From NCBI GenBank assembly GCA_964651555.1, contig CAZYVY010000002.1, positions 27,682 through 91,681 on the forward strand: DNA of 64,000 nucleotides. Reading direction: 5' to 3'. The stretch is from an uncultured Lachnospiraceae bacterium (GTDB lineage Bacteria > Bacillota > Clostridia > Lachnospirales > Lachnospiraceae). Both the position numbers and the translations under genes were made by a program. Numbering within the stretch: position 1 is the first letter of the stretch; each line of letters opens with the position of its first letter. The notes below the pieces were generated by a model, which saw nothing but the letters and a program-made list of their open reading frames with translations, did no database searches and had not been told where the DNA came from. Shown in pieces: positions 1-9,833 of this stretch.

Positions 1-30
1 TTTATTTTCTGCAAGAGTATGCATGTCCAT
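1..30 (-). CDS. 5' start of a gene running off the left edge (MDMHTLAENK...)
   Basis: ATG at 30 on the minus strand with AAGAGG RBS, just after the cyclase stop; only 10 codons visible. Confidence 0.4.
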   Translation of the reverse strand, partial: MDMHTLAENK

Positions 31-40
31 AACCTCTTAT

Positions 41-1834
41 TTATTTTTCGCTTATCCCCTGCAAGGCATATACACAAACGCCCTGTGACTTACCCTTTAA
101 GGGAATCTCGCCAATTTCCTCTGCTTGAATACGATTTTTTAATCGTTTATAAATATGCTCACTGATTAACACCTGTCCACGTTTCGCGTTGGATTCCAAA
201 CGTGCAGCCGTATTTACGGTATCACCGATTGCTGTATAATCCATACGAAAATCACAACCGATATTTCCTACCACAGCTTCACCACAATTAACGCCTACAC
301 CGAAAGAAACACTTTTGCCGAAACGCTCCATACATTTCTTTTCCAGTTCCTTCGCTCCCGCAACAATATCCCATGCAGCACATACTGCTTTATATTCATA
401 ATCCTCTAAATCAAAAGGAGCATTAAAAACAGCCATTGTTGCATCACCGATGAATTTATCCAAAGTTCCGCTGTTCTTAAAAATAGCATTGGTGGTAAGA
501 TTCAAATACTCATTTAGGATTTCTACCACTTCCGTAGGTTTCAGACTTTCCGATAACGGTGTAAAACCACGGATATCCACAAATAATACCGCAACGTCTC
601 TGCTCTCTCCCCCAAGTTCGATTTTATATTTTCCTGACTTCATGATTTCATCTACTACCTGAGGCGCAACATATTTACGGAAAATCGACGCGATTTTACG
701 TCTCTTACTCCATTCATACAAATATCCGCTGGCAAGCGCAACCACATAATCCAGTATCAGCATCAGTACAAGATAAAATCCCGGAATACTGATTCCTGCC
801 TTCGTATAAAGAAATATTCCTGATATTACAATTGCAACTTCTGCCACTATAAAAAGAATAGTTCCCCATTTCAGATGCAATCTGGAAAACACCCAAAACA
901 TTACCATAGTTATGATGGCAAAAGCCAATGCAACTGCCAGACGATTCGCCGGCAAAGGATACTGTTCATCCAAAAAGCTTTGAATAATATTAGCATTGAT
1001 TTCTACCCCGAACATCTGATTACTACTGTTTGGCACCGTAAACTGATCCTGCAAACCGGTAGCATAAGCTCCCACCAAAACAATGCAGTCCGTAAAAATT
1101 CTCGTATCTACCTTGCCCTCTAACAGGTCAATCAGAGATACACTCTCATAATCATACGGTTTACCCGCATAATAGATCCACTGTGCACCGTTTTTATCTG
1201 TTGCCGGTTGTACGGGAGCAAGATTCATCGTCTTACAATATTCCAAATATACCTGATAGGACAGTGAGGTATATTCTGTTATATTTCCATCCCCATCTTC
1301 CACCATGGTTACCGGAAGATATGAGCGCACGGTACCGTCTGCATCCGCAGATGTATTGGCGTAACCTATCGGTGTCGCCTCTCCCGTATAAGGAACTTCT
1401 ACCTGTGATACATGCATATGATCTATGTAGGTTTCGCCTTCGGGACTAACTTCTACCTTAGTGTCATATACCAGATGCGAAGCCAACACCACATTATCAT
1501 GATGATTCAGAGCTTGCAAGAAAACAGCATCATCTTCCTCATCCATAGTTCCCATAAGCATAATATCAAAACCGATAACCGCAGGATAATCATCCAGAAT
1601 ATCCAGCACCTCTGCATATGTACTCCTCGGCCATGTTCCAAAAGGTCCCAACGCTTCCAACGTTTTTTCATCTATAGAAATAATCTTAATGGTCGGATTA
1701 ACCGCTCTCGGTTGCTGGTATAATTTGTCTTTATATAACGAATCCAACGAATAAAAGAGGTCTGTATAACAAAACAAAAATGTTAAGATACCAATAAACA
1801 GCATTTCCAGTGCCAAAATAATATTTTTCTTCAT
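41..1834 (-). CDS. CHASE2-domain membrane adenylate/guanylate cyclase (class III)
   Basis: CHASE2 motifs (IDEKTL..G.WPRS, DADG.VR, FGVEINAN), 3 TM helices, cyclase motifs FVDIRGFT, DKFIGDA, YTAIGDTVNTAARLE; start moved to MKKN after GGGGAGG RBS. Confidence 0.9.
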   Translation of the reverse strand: MKKNIILALEMLFIGILTFLFCYTDLFYSLDSLYKDKLYQQPRAVNPTIKIISIDEKTLEALGPFGTWPRSTYAEVLDILDDYPAVIGFDIMLMGTMDEEDDAVFLQALNHHDNVVLASHLVYDTKVEVSPEGETYIDHMHVSQVEVPYTGEATPIGYANTSADADGTVRSYLPVTMVEDGDGNITEYTSLSYQVYLEYCKTMNLAPVQPATDKNGAQWIYYAGKPYDYESVSLIDLLEGKVDTRIFTDCIVLVGAYATGLQDQFTVPNSSNQMFGVEINANIIQSFLDEQYPLPANRLAVALAFAIITMVMFWVFSRLHLKWGTILFIVAEVAIVISGIFLYTKAGISIPGFYLVLMLILDYVVALASGYLYEWSKRRKIASIFRKYVAPQVVDEIMKSGKYKIELGGESRDVAVLFVDIRGFTPLSESLKPTEVVEILNEYLNLTTNAIFKNSGTLDKFIGDATMAVFNAPFDLEDYEYKAVCAAWDIVAGAKELEKKCMERFGKSVSFGVGVNCGEAVVGNIGCDFRMDYTAIGDTVNTAARLESNAKRGQVLISEHIYKRLKNRIQAEEIGEIPLKGKSQGVCVYALQGISEK

Positions 1835-2002
1835 ATTACCTCCCCATGACTTATATGAAAATAATAGCATAAAACCATTTCAGTGTCATTCTTTTTTGCT
1901 TTCCCTCCACTATGTTTTATGATATAATTCTGCTATAAAAATACATTGCACATATTGCCTGACAATTTCCATTACGTAATGTGTGTTGTAGGAGGGGAAA
2001 AC

Positions 2003-3028
2003 ATGGAAAACACAAAGAAATCACTATCATCTGACGAATTACTGGAAAAGATTTTTTATTGTATGGAACGTCTTTTTGAAGAAAAAGAACTTTCAACCAC
2101 TTTGCAACTCCTGACAGAGCTTGGAAAAACCCTGGTAAATTCCGACCGCGCTTCTTTTTGGTTTTGGGATAAGAAAAAACATGAAATCTGGACATTGGCA
2201 GCTCTGGACATCAGCAAAATCACAATTCCCGAAAACAGCGGTCTTGTAGGTGCTTCCATCATGAATAATGAATTACTGGTCATTAATGATCCCTATACAG
2301 ATCCGCGTTTTAACAGTGATGTTGATAAACGTTCCGGTTATGTTACCAAATCCATTCTTACAGTCCCTGTTACCAACTCCGAAGGGAAAGTAATCGGTGC
2401 ATATCAGGCAATCAATAAACTGGATGCAGACGGAAATGATTCCACCTTTAATGAAACCGATATCAAACGCATTAAACTGGCAACCGCGTTCTGCGGCAAA
2501 ACTTTGGAATCCTATTTACTTTACAGCGAAGCAACCGAAGACCAGCTTACCGGTTTACAAAACCGTCGTGGTCTTTATACACATTATGAAAAATTTATTG
2601 TACCTATACTTTCCTCCAAGAAAGCATCCATGATTATTTGCGACATTGATCACTTCAAGCGTGTAAATGATACATGGGGACACAATGCCGGCGATGCAGT
2701 ATTGAAGCATGTTGCAAATACATATTTGGGGTTAATCGGCATCGATGACGGTGTATTCCGTTGGGGCGGTGAAGAATTTATTATGCTTCTCCCCGGCAAA
2801 GACTTATTGCAGGCAAAAGACTTTGCCGAAAACTGCCGCAAAACAATCGAAGCCTCTGTGTGTCATTTTGAAGGACTTGATATCAACGTAACCATGAGTT
2901 TCGGTGTCAGCGAGCTGGATGCTGCACTTACTACTGCCGAAAATGTAAAGTCTGCAGATGAAAAATTATATTATGCCAAGTCTCACGGAAGAAATCAGGT
3001 TATTCACACAATTCCTGAAACTCCGTAA
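2003..3028 (+). CDS. GAF-sensor diguanylate cyclase
   Basis: N-terminal GAF (DPRFNSDVDKRSGY.TKSIL), DQLTGL.NRR, DIDHFKRVND, RWGGEEF; GGAGG RBS before ATG 2003. Confidence 0.9.
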   Translation: MENTKKSLSSDELLEKIFYCMERLFEEKELSTTLQLLTELGKTLVNSDRASFWFWDKKKHEIWTLAALDISKITIPENSGLVGASIMNNELLVINDPYTDPRFNSDVDKRSGYVTKSILTVPVTNSEGKVIGAYQAINKLDADGNDSTFNETDIKRIKLATAFCGKTLESYLLYSEATEDQLTGLQNRRGLYTHYEKFIVPILSSKKASMIICDIDHFKRVNDTWGHNAGDAVLKHVANTYLGLIGIDDGVFRWGGEEFIMLLPGKDLLQAKDFAENCRKTIEASVCHFEGLDINVTMSFGVSELDAALTTAENVKSADEKLYYAKSHGRNQVIHTIPETP

Positions 3029-3764
3029 CATGCTTGCGCATCCATAAAGGAAAATGATTTCTCTGACAGGCTCTGTTCTCACGTTGGGAAATACCCATGG
3101 TATGAAAATATTTTTTCCATAACCGGGTATAATCATCCTCCCTCTCCGTGCAGGACAGAGCCTGTAGTTCATCTTCTGTCAGTATTCTCATGTAGCACGC
3201 CTCATCTTTAGGATGTACAATAGCCTCTCTATGTACATCATCAATAATCATCCAATTCTCTGAAGGCATCCGGTCTGCAAAATAACTTGCCACCGGCATA
3301 ATCACCCTGCTTCTGGGCGCAAAGTGTGCCACGTAAACCTTTTCTTCTACCTGTGAAAAGCGTAAAAACTCCCGAAAAGAATGTACTTCCCGGCTTACAA
3401 GTTTTCGTATTTCCCGAAATCGAACCACTTCTTTATACTGCACCATATCTACAACCCCGGCTCCAAAGTGAAATCCTAAAACCAATATTCTATACACAGT
3501 ATCCAAAGCATCCTGTTCAAAAGAAAGCAAGGCATAAGATATTTCATAATACAGTCCCGGAGATATTTTCCCCCATATAGAGCGGCTGACGCGTTCAGCC
3601 TTTTCTTCATCCGGCTCAATATGAATATACTCATCAAATAAACTGTATTGTTCAATCGGTTCAATACATAACCTTATATTGCGATGTCCTTTTTTACTTG
3701 CCCATGCTTCATATATGCAGGTTAACATGGAGTCATAATCCGACCTGCAGGTATATACATACAT
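3000..3764 (-). CDS. TIGR03915-family (DUF4130) putative DNA repair protein
   Basis: REVH...FLRF, YFADRMP.ENW.I.D, LWKKYF..I..REN...Q..HFP motifs; sits downstream of the TIGR03916-type radical SAM gene. Confidence 0.85.
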   Translation of the reverse strand: MYVYTCRSDYDSMLTCIYEAWASKKGHRNIRLCIEPIEQYSLFDEYIHIEPDEEKAERVSRSIWGKISPGLYYEISYALLSFEQDALDTVYRILVLGFHFGAGVVDMVQYKEVVRFREIRKLVSREVHSFREFLRFSQVEEKVYVAHFAPRSRVIMPVASYFADRMPSENWMIIDDVHREAIVHPKDEACYMRILTEDELQALSCTEREDDYTRLWKKYFHTMGISQRENRACQRNHFPLWMRKHVTEFQELCE

Positions 3765-3837
3765 AATTTGCTCCTTCTGTCTGTATCCTTGTCATTATAC
3801 TTTCCCGTTTTCATTGTCATCTATTGCAAAAGCATAT

Positions 3838-5256
3838 TTATCCGATTGCATAATCGTCAAACAAAGACATCTGTACATATTGGTTCCGATGCACTACTTC
3901 CCAGTTTTCTTTACGGTTTACCACTGTTAATTCCTTGGTAATGTATTGCTCCTCAATCGGTATTTTATACATCATTTTACCGTTACATGTAATGAAATAA
4001 TGTGCCCGTTTTAATACAACACCCATCTTCTTTAAATGCTCGTAATTTAAACTTCCATACCGCCTCGACTGCATAATTCTTTTTGCGCCGGCAGGACCGA
4101 TTCCGGGCACTCTTAGCAACATCTCGTAAGACGCTGTCATAACCTCCACCGGAAACAGATTCAGATGTCTCAATGCCCAGTCACATTTCGGATCTATTTG
4201 CTCATTAAAATCCGGCTTTTCCTCCGACAGCAATTCGTCAGCCTGAAAGCCGTAATACCGAAGGAGCCAGTCAGCCTGATACAAACGATGTTCTCTCAAT
4301 AAGGGTACCGGGGTTCCTATCTCCGGCAAAACGGAATCTTCATTTAAAGGCACATATGCAGAATAAAATACCCTCTTCAAATCATAGTTCTGGTATAACT
4401 TCTGGGTTGTCTGCAACAGCTCATAATCACTTTCACCACCGGCACCTATTATCATCTGAGTACTTTGTCCGGCAGGCGCAAAAGGACGTTTCAACTCTCT
4501 GTTCGACATGCTTACAGGCAATTCTTTCTTCCCACCGGTCATTTCTTCCAAATGCTTCACATGAAAAATACTGTTTTCCAGGTAGCGGTTTCCTGCACTG
4601 CGTTCCATACGTGCTTCTTTTCCGATTGCAAGTCTGTGTAAAGCTATCGTATCGGATATCTTCGCCATGGGATTTAAAATGGTCTTAACATTCTTATTCG
4701 GTGCAAACTTTTTTAAACTTTCTTCTACTGCAAACTCCATATTAATACTTACTCTGTCAGCCAGATATCCGGCTTTTGCAATCAGTTCATCTGCCACTCC
4801 CGGTATTGCTTTAACATGGATATATCCGTTAAATTTATATTCCGTCCTCAGCTTATACAATACCCTGCACATCAGTTCCATGGTATGTCCCGGACTCTTT
4901 ATAATCCCGGAACTCAAAAACAAACCTTCAATATAATTTCTTTTATAAAATTCAATGGTAAGCTCACAAATCTCTTCCGGCGTAAAAGCAGCTCTGGGCA
5001 CATCATTGGAACACCGGTTTATGCAATACTTACAATCATAAATACAATGGTTTGTCATCAGTATTTTCAGTAGAGAAATACACCTGCCATCAGATGCAAA
5101 TGTATGGCAGATTCCTGCAGCCTGACAATTACCGAGATGCCCCTTCTTTCCTTTCCGGTCCACACCGCTTGAGGTACATGCCACATCATACTTTGCCGCA
5201 TCAGCCAAAATGGTAAGCTTCTCTTCTGTTGTCATCCCTGTCCGTAATGTATACAT
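3838..5256 (-). CDS. Putative DNA modification/repair radical SAM protein (TIGR03916 type)
   Basis: KL.ILADAAKYDVAC.SSG, CxxxCxxC (CIYDCKYC), PAGQSTQMIIGA, REHRLYQADWL, C-terminal HhH LLRVPGIG. Confidence 0.92.
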   Translation of the reverse strand: MYTLRTGMTTEEKLTILADAAKYDVACTSSGVDRKGKKGHLGNCQAAGICHTFASDGRCISLLKILMTNHCIYDCKYCINRCSNDVPRAAFTPEEICELTIEFYKRNYIEGLFLSSGIIKSPGHTMELMCRVLYKLRTEYKFNGYIHVKAIPGVADELIAKAGYLADRVSINMEFAVEESLKKFAPNKNVKTILNPMAKISDTIALHRLAIGKEARMERSAGNRYLENSIFHVKHLEEMTGGKKELPVSMSNRELKRPFAPAGQSTQMIIGAGGESDYELLQTTQKLYQNYDLKRVFYSAYVPLNEDSVLPEIGTPVPLLREHRLYQADWLLRYYGFQADELLSEEKPDFNEQIDPKCDWALRHLNLFPVEVMTASYEMLLRVPGIGPAGAKRIMQSRRYGSLNYEHLKKMGVVLKRAHYFITCNGKMMYKIPIEEQYITKELTVVNRKENWEVVHRNQYVQMSLFDDYAIG

Positions 5257-5288
5257 ATCGCATTCTCCTAAAAGTAATCTCTTAATAC

Positions 5289-5340
5289 ATTATACGAACA
5301 TTTGTTTGTTTTATCAAGTATTTTTTCGAATATTTGTTCG
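5289..5340 (-). promoter_or_regulatory. sigmaA promoter with two LexA (Cheo-box) sites for the radical SAM operon
   Basis: TTGATA(5317-5312)-17bp-TATAAT(5294-5289); CGAACATTTGTTTG at 5295-5308 inside the spacer and CGAATATTTGTTCG at 5327-5340. Confidence 0.8.
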
Positions 5341-5410
5341 AATACGTGATAATAAAAAACAGAGGAATCATATCAATGAACCTCTGCTTTTTATCGTATA
5401 TTTATTTTTG

Positions 5411-6391
5411 TTATTCTTCGGCATTCCAGTATACATACACGGTATGATCTACTGCCTTATTAAAATCAACGGACCAACTGCCATGCTCTGTCGGCATTAA
5501 ATTCGGCTCTTGAATTTTAGCACCTGCCCTTACCTCCTGAACGCCAAACAATGCATCACCACTGAAGAAATATACACGGTATGTTCCTGTTTTCGTCAGG
5601 TTTTCCAATAATACATCCAATTCTTCCTTACTGAAACAGATATCCGGATTACCCTCCAATGCTGCAATAAGTGCCTGAATTGTTTGCACATTCATCATCC
5701 CGGTTTCTATTTTTATTGTTTCACCGATATATGCGCTGTCGGAATCATTACCACCAATCCATCTTTCGTATCCGGCATCCAACATTATTTCGTTGCTCAC
5801 CGTTCCGTCCGGCATTTGCAACGACACCGAAACTCTTCCTTCCTGAACCGACACCTGGGTAATCTTATCATACTGTTCATTTCCCCGGAACAATTCATTT
5901 AATTCAGGGTACATGGACAACCATTGGTATTGTTCAAGAATCTCAACACGTACCACGGTTCCTCGAATCGCCATAACAGAATTCTGCGTATGGATTTCGT
6001 AAGAGGAATTTTCATTTAACTTATTTTCCACCTGGCAGGTAATGGCTCCGGTTTCCAATTGGATTGTTGTTTTGCTGTTCTGCGTTGTCCCCTCTGCCAC
6101 CATATTAAGGATGGTGTTCTGTTCTACATAAGCATATTTATCATCATCCATCTGCAATACGAGAAAACTGTTTGCATCTACGCTGATTTTATCACCGCTT
6201 TGCAAAACCATACCTTCATATGCATCCAGTACACCTATGTTTCCCCGGTCTACAACCGCAGTACCGTCCAATTGTAATACTTTGATAACCCTATATGCAT
6301 CTTCTTTATTCGTTAAAAGCAGAACAGCCACTACGGCAATCACGATTACCGCTAATATACTACCGCCTGCTATCCAAATTTTTTTTGACAT
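5411..6391 (-). CDS. Membrane-anchored FecR-domain protein
   Basis: Single N-terminal TM; L.SGD.I.V, YEI.T.NSVMAIRGT, VSV.EG.VSV FecR-type motifs. Confidence 0.75.
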   Translation of the reverse strand: MSKKIWIAGGSILAVIVIAVVAVLLLTNKEDAYRVIKVLQLDGTAVVDRGNIGVLDAYEGMVLQSGDKISVDANSFLVLQMDDDKYAYVEQNTILNMVAEGTTQNSKTTIQLETGAITCQVENKLNENSSYEIHTQNSVMAIRGTVVRVEILEQYQWLSMYPELNELFRGNEQYDKITQVSVQEGRVSVSLQMPDGTVSNEIMLDAGYERWIGGNDSDSAYIGETIKIETGMMNVQTIQALIAALEGNPDICFSKEELDVLLENLTKTGTYRVYFFSGDALFGVQEVRAGAKIQEPNLMPTEHGSWSVDFNKAVDHTVYVYWNAEE

Positions 6392-6403
6392 ACGATTCTC
6401 TCC

Positions 6404-8251
6404 TTAATTTGCAGAAAACGTTGCTTCTCCCTCTTCTTTGACATAAAAATGCACTCCGCCGGCATACACCATATTATCACTGTCATTACACCAATCACTT
6501 TGTGTTGAAAAACTATACTGCACGCCGGGTTCCAAATAATAGGTACCCTCTCCTACAATACCGTCTTTCATCCATGCAGGTCCTACGGTAATATTCTCTT
6601 CCGAAACATTTCCGGCCTCATCTTTTACCACTACCACAACTTCTTCCCGCTTTATACCCGTTGGAATTGAAATCAAATAAAATCCATTTTCTTCCCGACT
6701 TTCCACAGTCTTACCATTCACCGTAACCGCAAAAGGATTTTCTTCCTTTAAGGTTACAACCACTTCATCCGCATAACAATCTTCGATTTCAGGTTTTATG
6801 ATCTCAGGCTTTTCATTATCAATTTTAATACTTGATAAAACAACTGCATCCGTCATCTCGCCGGTATCGGCTTTTCTTAAATACAACCTGACATTATTCG
6901 TCGAATAAGAAATAATATGTGTATCTGCGCTAAAATCATTTCTGTCCCCTACAGACAATTCATAACCCATTGGCGGCGAAATACTTACTTCAGATGTATA
7001 CCACCCCGCGCTGCCTTTATCTCCGGATAAAATATAGGTTGGATTAGGAGCCGGCAGATAACTGATTGTAAATGTATCCGTTGCTACAGCCTGTAAATAG
7101 CTTTCGTTCTCAGGCAAAATAACTTTCACCGTATAATCACCTACCGCCATGGGAACACGGGTAGTATATGTTGAATCGTCCGCACCGGTTACTTTATACA
7201 AAATCTGCGCCCGGGAAACATCATTGGTTATAGATGAAAACTGCGGTTCAGGTACCTTCCCGCCATAAATACAGTCACTGATTCCAATCGAAACAACTCC
7301 CCATGTCTTGGATAATGAAGTCTGGGCCTGCGTTTCCTCTGAAGGTTCTTCCGAAACTTCCTCACCGGGTTCTTCCGAAACTTCCTCACCGGGTTCTTCC
7401 GAAACTTCCTCACTGGATTCTTCCGAAACTTCCTCACTGGATTCTTCCGAAACCTCCTCACTGGATTCTTCCGAAATTTCCTCACTGGATTCTTCCGAAA
7501 CCTCCTCACTGGATTCTTCCGAAATTTCCTCACTGGATTCTTCCGAAACCTCCTCCCAAACTGGATAGAGACTTAAAATTCCGCCACTGACATAATCCGC
7601 GGCTTCTTCTCCAATTGCTGCCCCCGACACATAATCAGCTTCCGTTGCTCCACTTACAGTTCCCCAGCCGGTCAGCTCATATCCTTCTTTCACGTACTCA
7701 CCGTCTTCCGGACCCCACGCCGCAACAGCATCTTCTCCATATACAAGATAGTCTGTCATCGCAATACTTTCTTCCGTTGCATTCAAATACTCTATTTTAC
7801 AACCTTCCACTTCAATCAGGTTTATCAAAACAAAAGTACCTTCCAACTCCGGACTCATCCAACCTGTTTCTTGAATTTCTTCATCACTCAGGGACGAAAC
7901 CTTTGTCGCACGATAGAGACCATCTATACTGCCTACCGTGTAAGCTGTACCGGTTGAAAAGGACTTCTCATACAATGCACCGGAAACATAGATTACCGTT
8001 TCCCCACCGTCTGTGGGAAACACGCTGGTATCTGCCAGCATTACATTACCGTAAACACCTTCCGCAAAACCGATACTGTCACCGGAACCTAACAATGCAT
8101 CTGTAGTATCGGCATCCACGGTAACCGTATTGTTTCCGGCTGCACTTACCACTTTTGGTAACTGCAACCAGGTCAGTACCATGACACCGCATAAGAACAA
8201 TGCCAGTAAGCCTTTACAACGTCTTTTTAAAAGTTTTACTTCCGCTTTCAT
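6404..8251 (-). CDS. Secreted acidic surface protein with Ser/Glu repeat linker and Ig-like repeats
   Basis: Signal peptide (..VSAA), KEGY.LTGW...LYPVW repeat motif, (SEEVSEES)n linker, IKID...P.I. Confidence 0.65.
   Translation of the reverse strand: MKAEVKLLKRRCKGLLALFLCGVMVLTWLQLPKVVSAAGNNTVTVDADTTDALLGSGDSIGFAEGVYGNVMLADTSVFPTDGGETVIYVSGALYEKSFSTGTAYTVGSIDGLYRATKVSSLSDEEIQETGWMSPELEGTFVLINLIEVEGCKIEYLNATEESIAMTDYLVYGEDAVAAWGPEDGEYVKEGYELTGWGTVSGATEADYVSGAAIGEEAADYVSGGILSLYPVWEEVSEESSEEISEESSEEVSEESSEEISEESSEEVSEESSEEVSEESSEEVSEEPGEEVSEEPGEEVSEEPSEETQAQTSLSKTWGVVSIGISDCIYGGKVPEPQFSSITNDVSRAQILYKVTGADDSTYTTRVPMAVGDYTVKVILPENESYLQAVATDTFTISYLPAPNPTYILSGDKGSAGWYTSEVSISPPMGYELSVGDRNDFSADTHIISYSTNNVRLYLRKADTGEMTDAVVLSSIKIDNEKPEIIKPEIEDCYADEVVVTLKEENPFAVTVNGKTVESREENGFYLISIPTGIKREEVVVVVKDEAGNVSEENITVGPAWMKDGIVGEGTYYLEPGVQYSFSTQSDWCNDSDNMVYAGGVHFYVKEEGEATFSAN
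7343..7556. repeat. 24-bp coding tandem repeat, 9 copies
   Basis: Core TTCTTCCGAAA recurs every 24 bp from 7346 to 7538. Confidence 0.95.
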
Positions 8252-8253
8252 CG

Positions 8254-9591
8254 TTACCCCTTTCTTTTTCTTGTTTTTTCCCTTTTCACAGATAAAAATG
8301 TTGTTTCATAAATCATATACAATATTACCATAACGGTTACCATTTGTGCTCTGTACGTAAAAAAATAATGAATATAAGAATGATTTGATAAAGCAAGAAG
8401 ACGGATATACGGTAGCAAAGCAATCATAATCAAAATACCACTCTTTTCAAACTGGACTTTTTCTTTTCTTGCCAAATACCAAAAAACACCTAAAACAACA
8501 ACTACTACCACTACTGTTATCGTCACTGTTTTCACAGACATATCCGTTGTCCCCCAAAACAGACAGCCTGTATTTCTTGTAAAAATTCCCAATATCCGTT
8601 CTGCTAAACCGGCTTGCTCACCGGCCATATTGGCAGATATACTTACCTCGCCACCCACTCGTTCTGCCGCCATGTCCAATGCATCCAGAAAAGCTTCCTT
8701 TCCCAGTACAACTGCTGCCAGTATCCATTTTAAAAGAAACATCCCTGCATATCCGATGCACCAATTCACTCCACTGCGTAAAAAGAATAACCAGCTCTGC
8801 TTCTTACTGCCTTTATGCGACATGATATAATACACTGCAAAAGGTATCGTAAACGTTAAGGTTTCTGCCGTTAGGAAATCAAAGAAAACCGTTAATACTC
8901 CAATGATCATAAATATCCGCACGGCAATATCGTCTTTCTGTTCTCCTTTCAGACAAAGAAGAACAAGAACCGCAATCGGCATAAGCAAAAATACAAATCC
9001 ATATTCCAGACAATTTAATGCGAATCCACCGTTAACCACAAGAAAACCTACGATATAAGCTACCGAAAGTGCCTTTTGTTCTTTACGAAACAGACAAATC
9101 GCAACCGCAATATGTAATAAAATGCCCGCCACCATCATCATACAGCGGATATTTTCAATACTCATAAAACACAAAAGAATTCTCAAGACACCGGCAGAAC
9201 CATGCCAATATCTGGAATAAGATATGGTATCTGCGCTACCGCCGGCAACACTCTCATAAAGAGTATCATTTACATTACGTTCTTCGGCATAGGCGTAGTC
9301 CGCCGCTATCACCGAGTAAAATGGATGTTTCTCATCAAAATGCCATGCAATGCCGGTAGTTATGCAATCCGCATAATTATCTCTTTTAAAATTTTCAAAA
9401 TCACCCACACAATACTCAAATAAAGGAGTTTGCTTAAAATATTCCGCACTTTCCAAAGCATTTTCCCGGATTACCTCTTGCGGAATACATGCGCACAGTA
9501 CCAAAAACAGGAAACAAATAACTGAGGTTATGACAAAAACCGCCAAACCTGCCCAAATATTTATTCGCTTTTTTTCTTTTTCCTTGCTCAT
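8254..9591 (-). CDS. Polytopic membrane protein (possibly GT-C-like)
   Basis: Many TM segments with one large outer loop; YSRYWHG, FFDFLT, NHS.IH.FFTYR motifs. Confidence 0.6.
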   Translation of the reverse strand: MSKEKEKKRINIWAGLAVFVITSVICFLFLVLCACIPQEVIRENALESAEYFKQTPLFEYCVGDFENFKRDNYADCITTGIAWHFDEKHPFYSVIAADYAYAEERNVNDTLYESVAGGSADTISYSRYWHGSAGVLRILLCFMSIENIRCMMMVAGILLHIAVAICLFRKEQKALSVAYIVGFLVVNGGFALNCLEYGFVFLLMPIAVLVLLCLKGEQKDDIAVRIFMIIGVLTVFFDFLTAETLTFTIPFAVYYIMSHKGSKKQSWLFFLRSGVNWCIGYAGMFLLKWILAAVVLGKEAFLDALDMAAERVGGEVSISANMAGEQAGLAERILGIFTRNTGCLFWGTTDMSVKTVTITVVVVVVVLGVFWYLARKEKVQFEKSGILIMIALLPYIRLLALSNHSYIHYFFTYRAQMVTVMVILYMIYETTFLSVKREKTRKRKG

Positions 9592-9787
9592 ATCAGACTC
9601 CTGGTTTGTTATTGGCCTCTGCTCTTTTCTCTATACTAAAAGCATATGCAATTCCTATTACAAAGTCAAATATTTTGTGCATTTTTACCGTATTCCTTGG
9701 ATAAATCTTCTAAGGTTTTTTCTGTTCTTTTGTGCATTGTATACAAAGGAAGCTTCCAACATTTACATATGCCTTATCACAAAAAAA

Positions 9788-9816
9788 GAAAAGGCAGAGG
9801 TTAATCCTCTGCCTGC
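9788..9816 (-). terminator. Intrinsic terminator
   Basis: GGCAGAGG/CCTCTGCC stem followed by a U-rich tract on the minus strand. Confidence 0.65.
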
Positions 9817-9833
9817 AATAATATACCCCCATT

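Noticed and set aside
7228..7590. Repetitive ORFs in other frames (RKFRKNPV, LPKLPHW, SSETSSLD) and a possible CRISPR array
   Set aside because: Shadows of the 24-bp coding tandem repeat; there are no unique spacers
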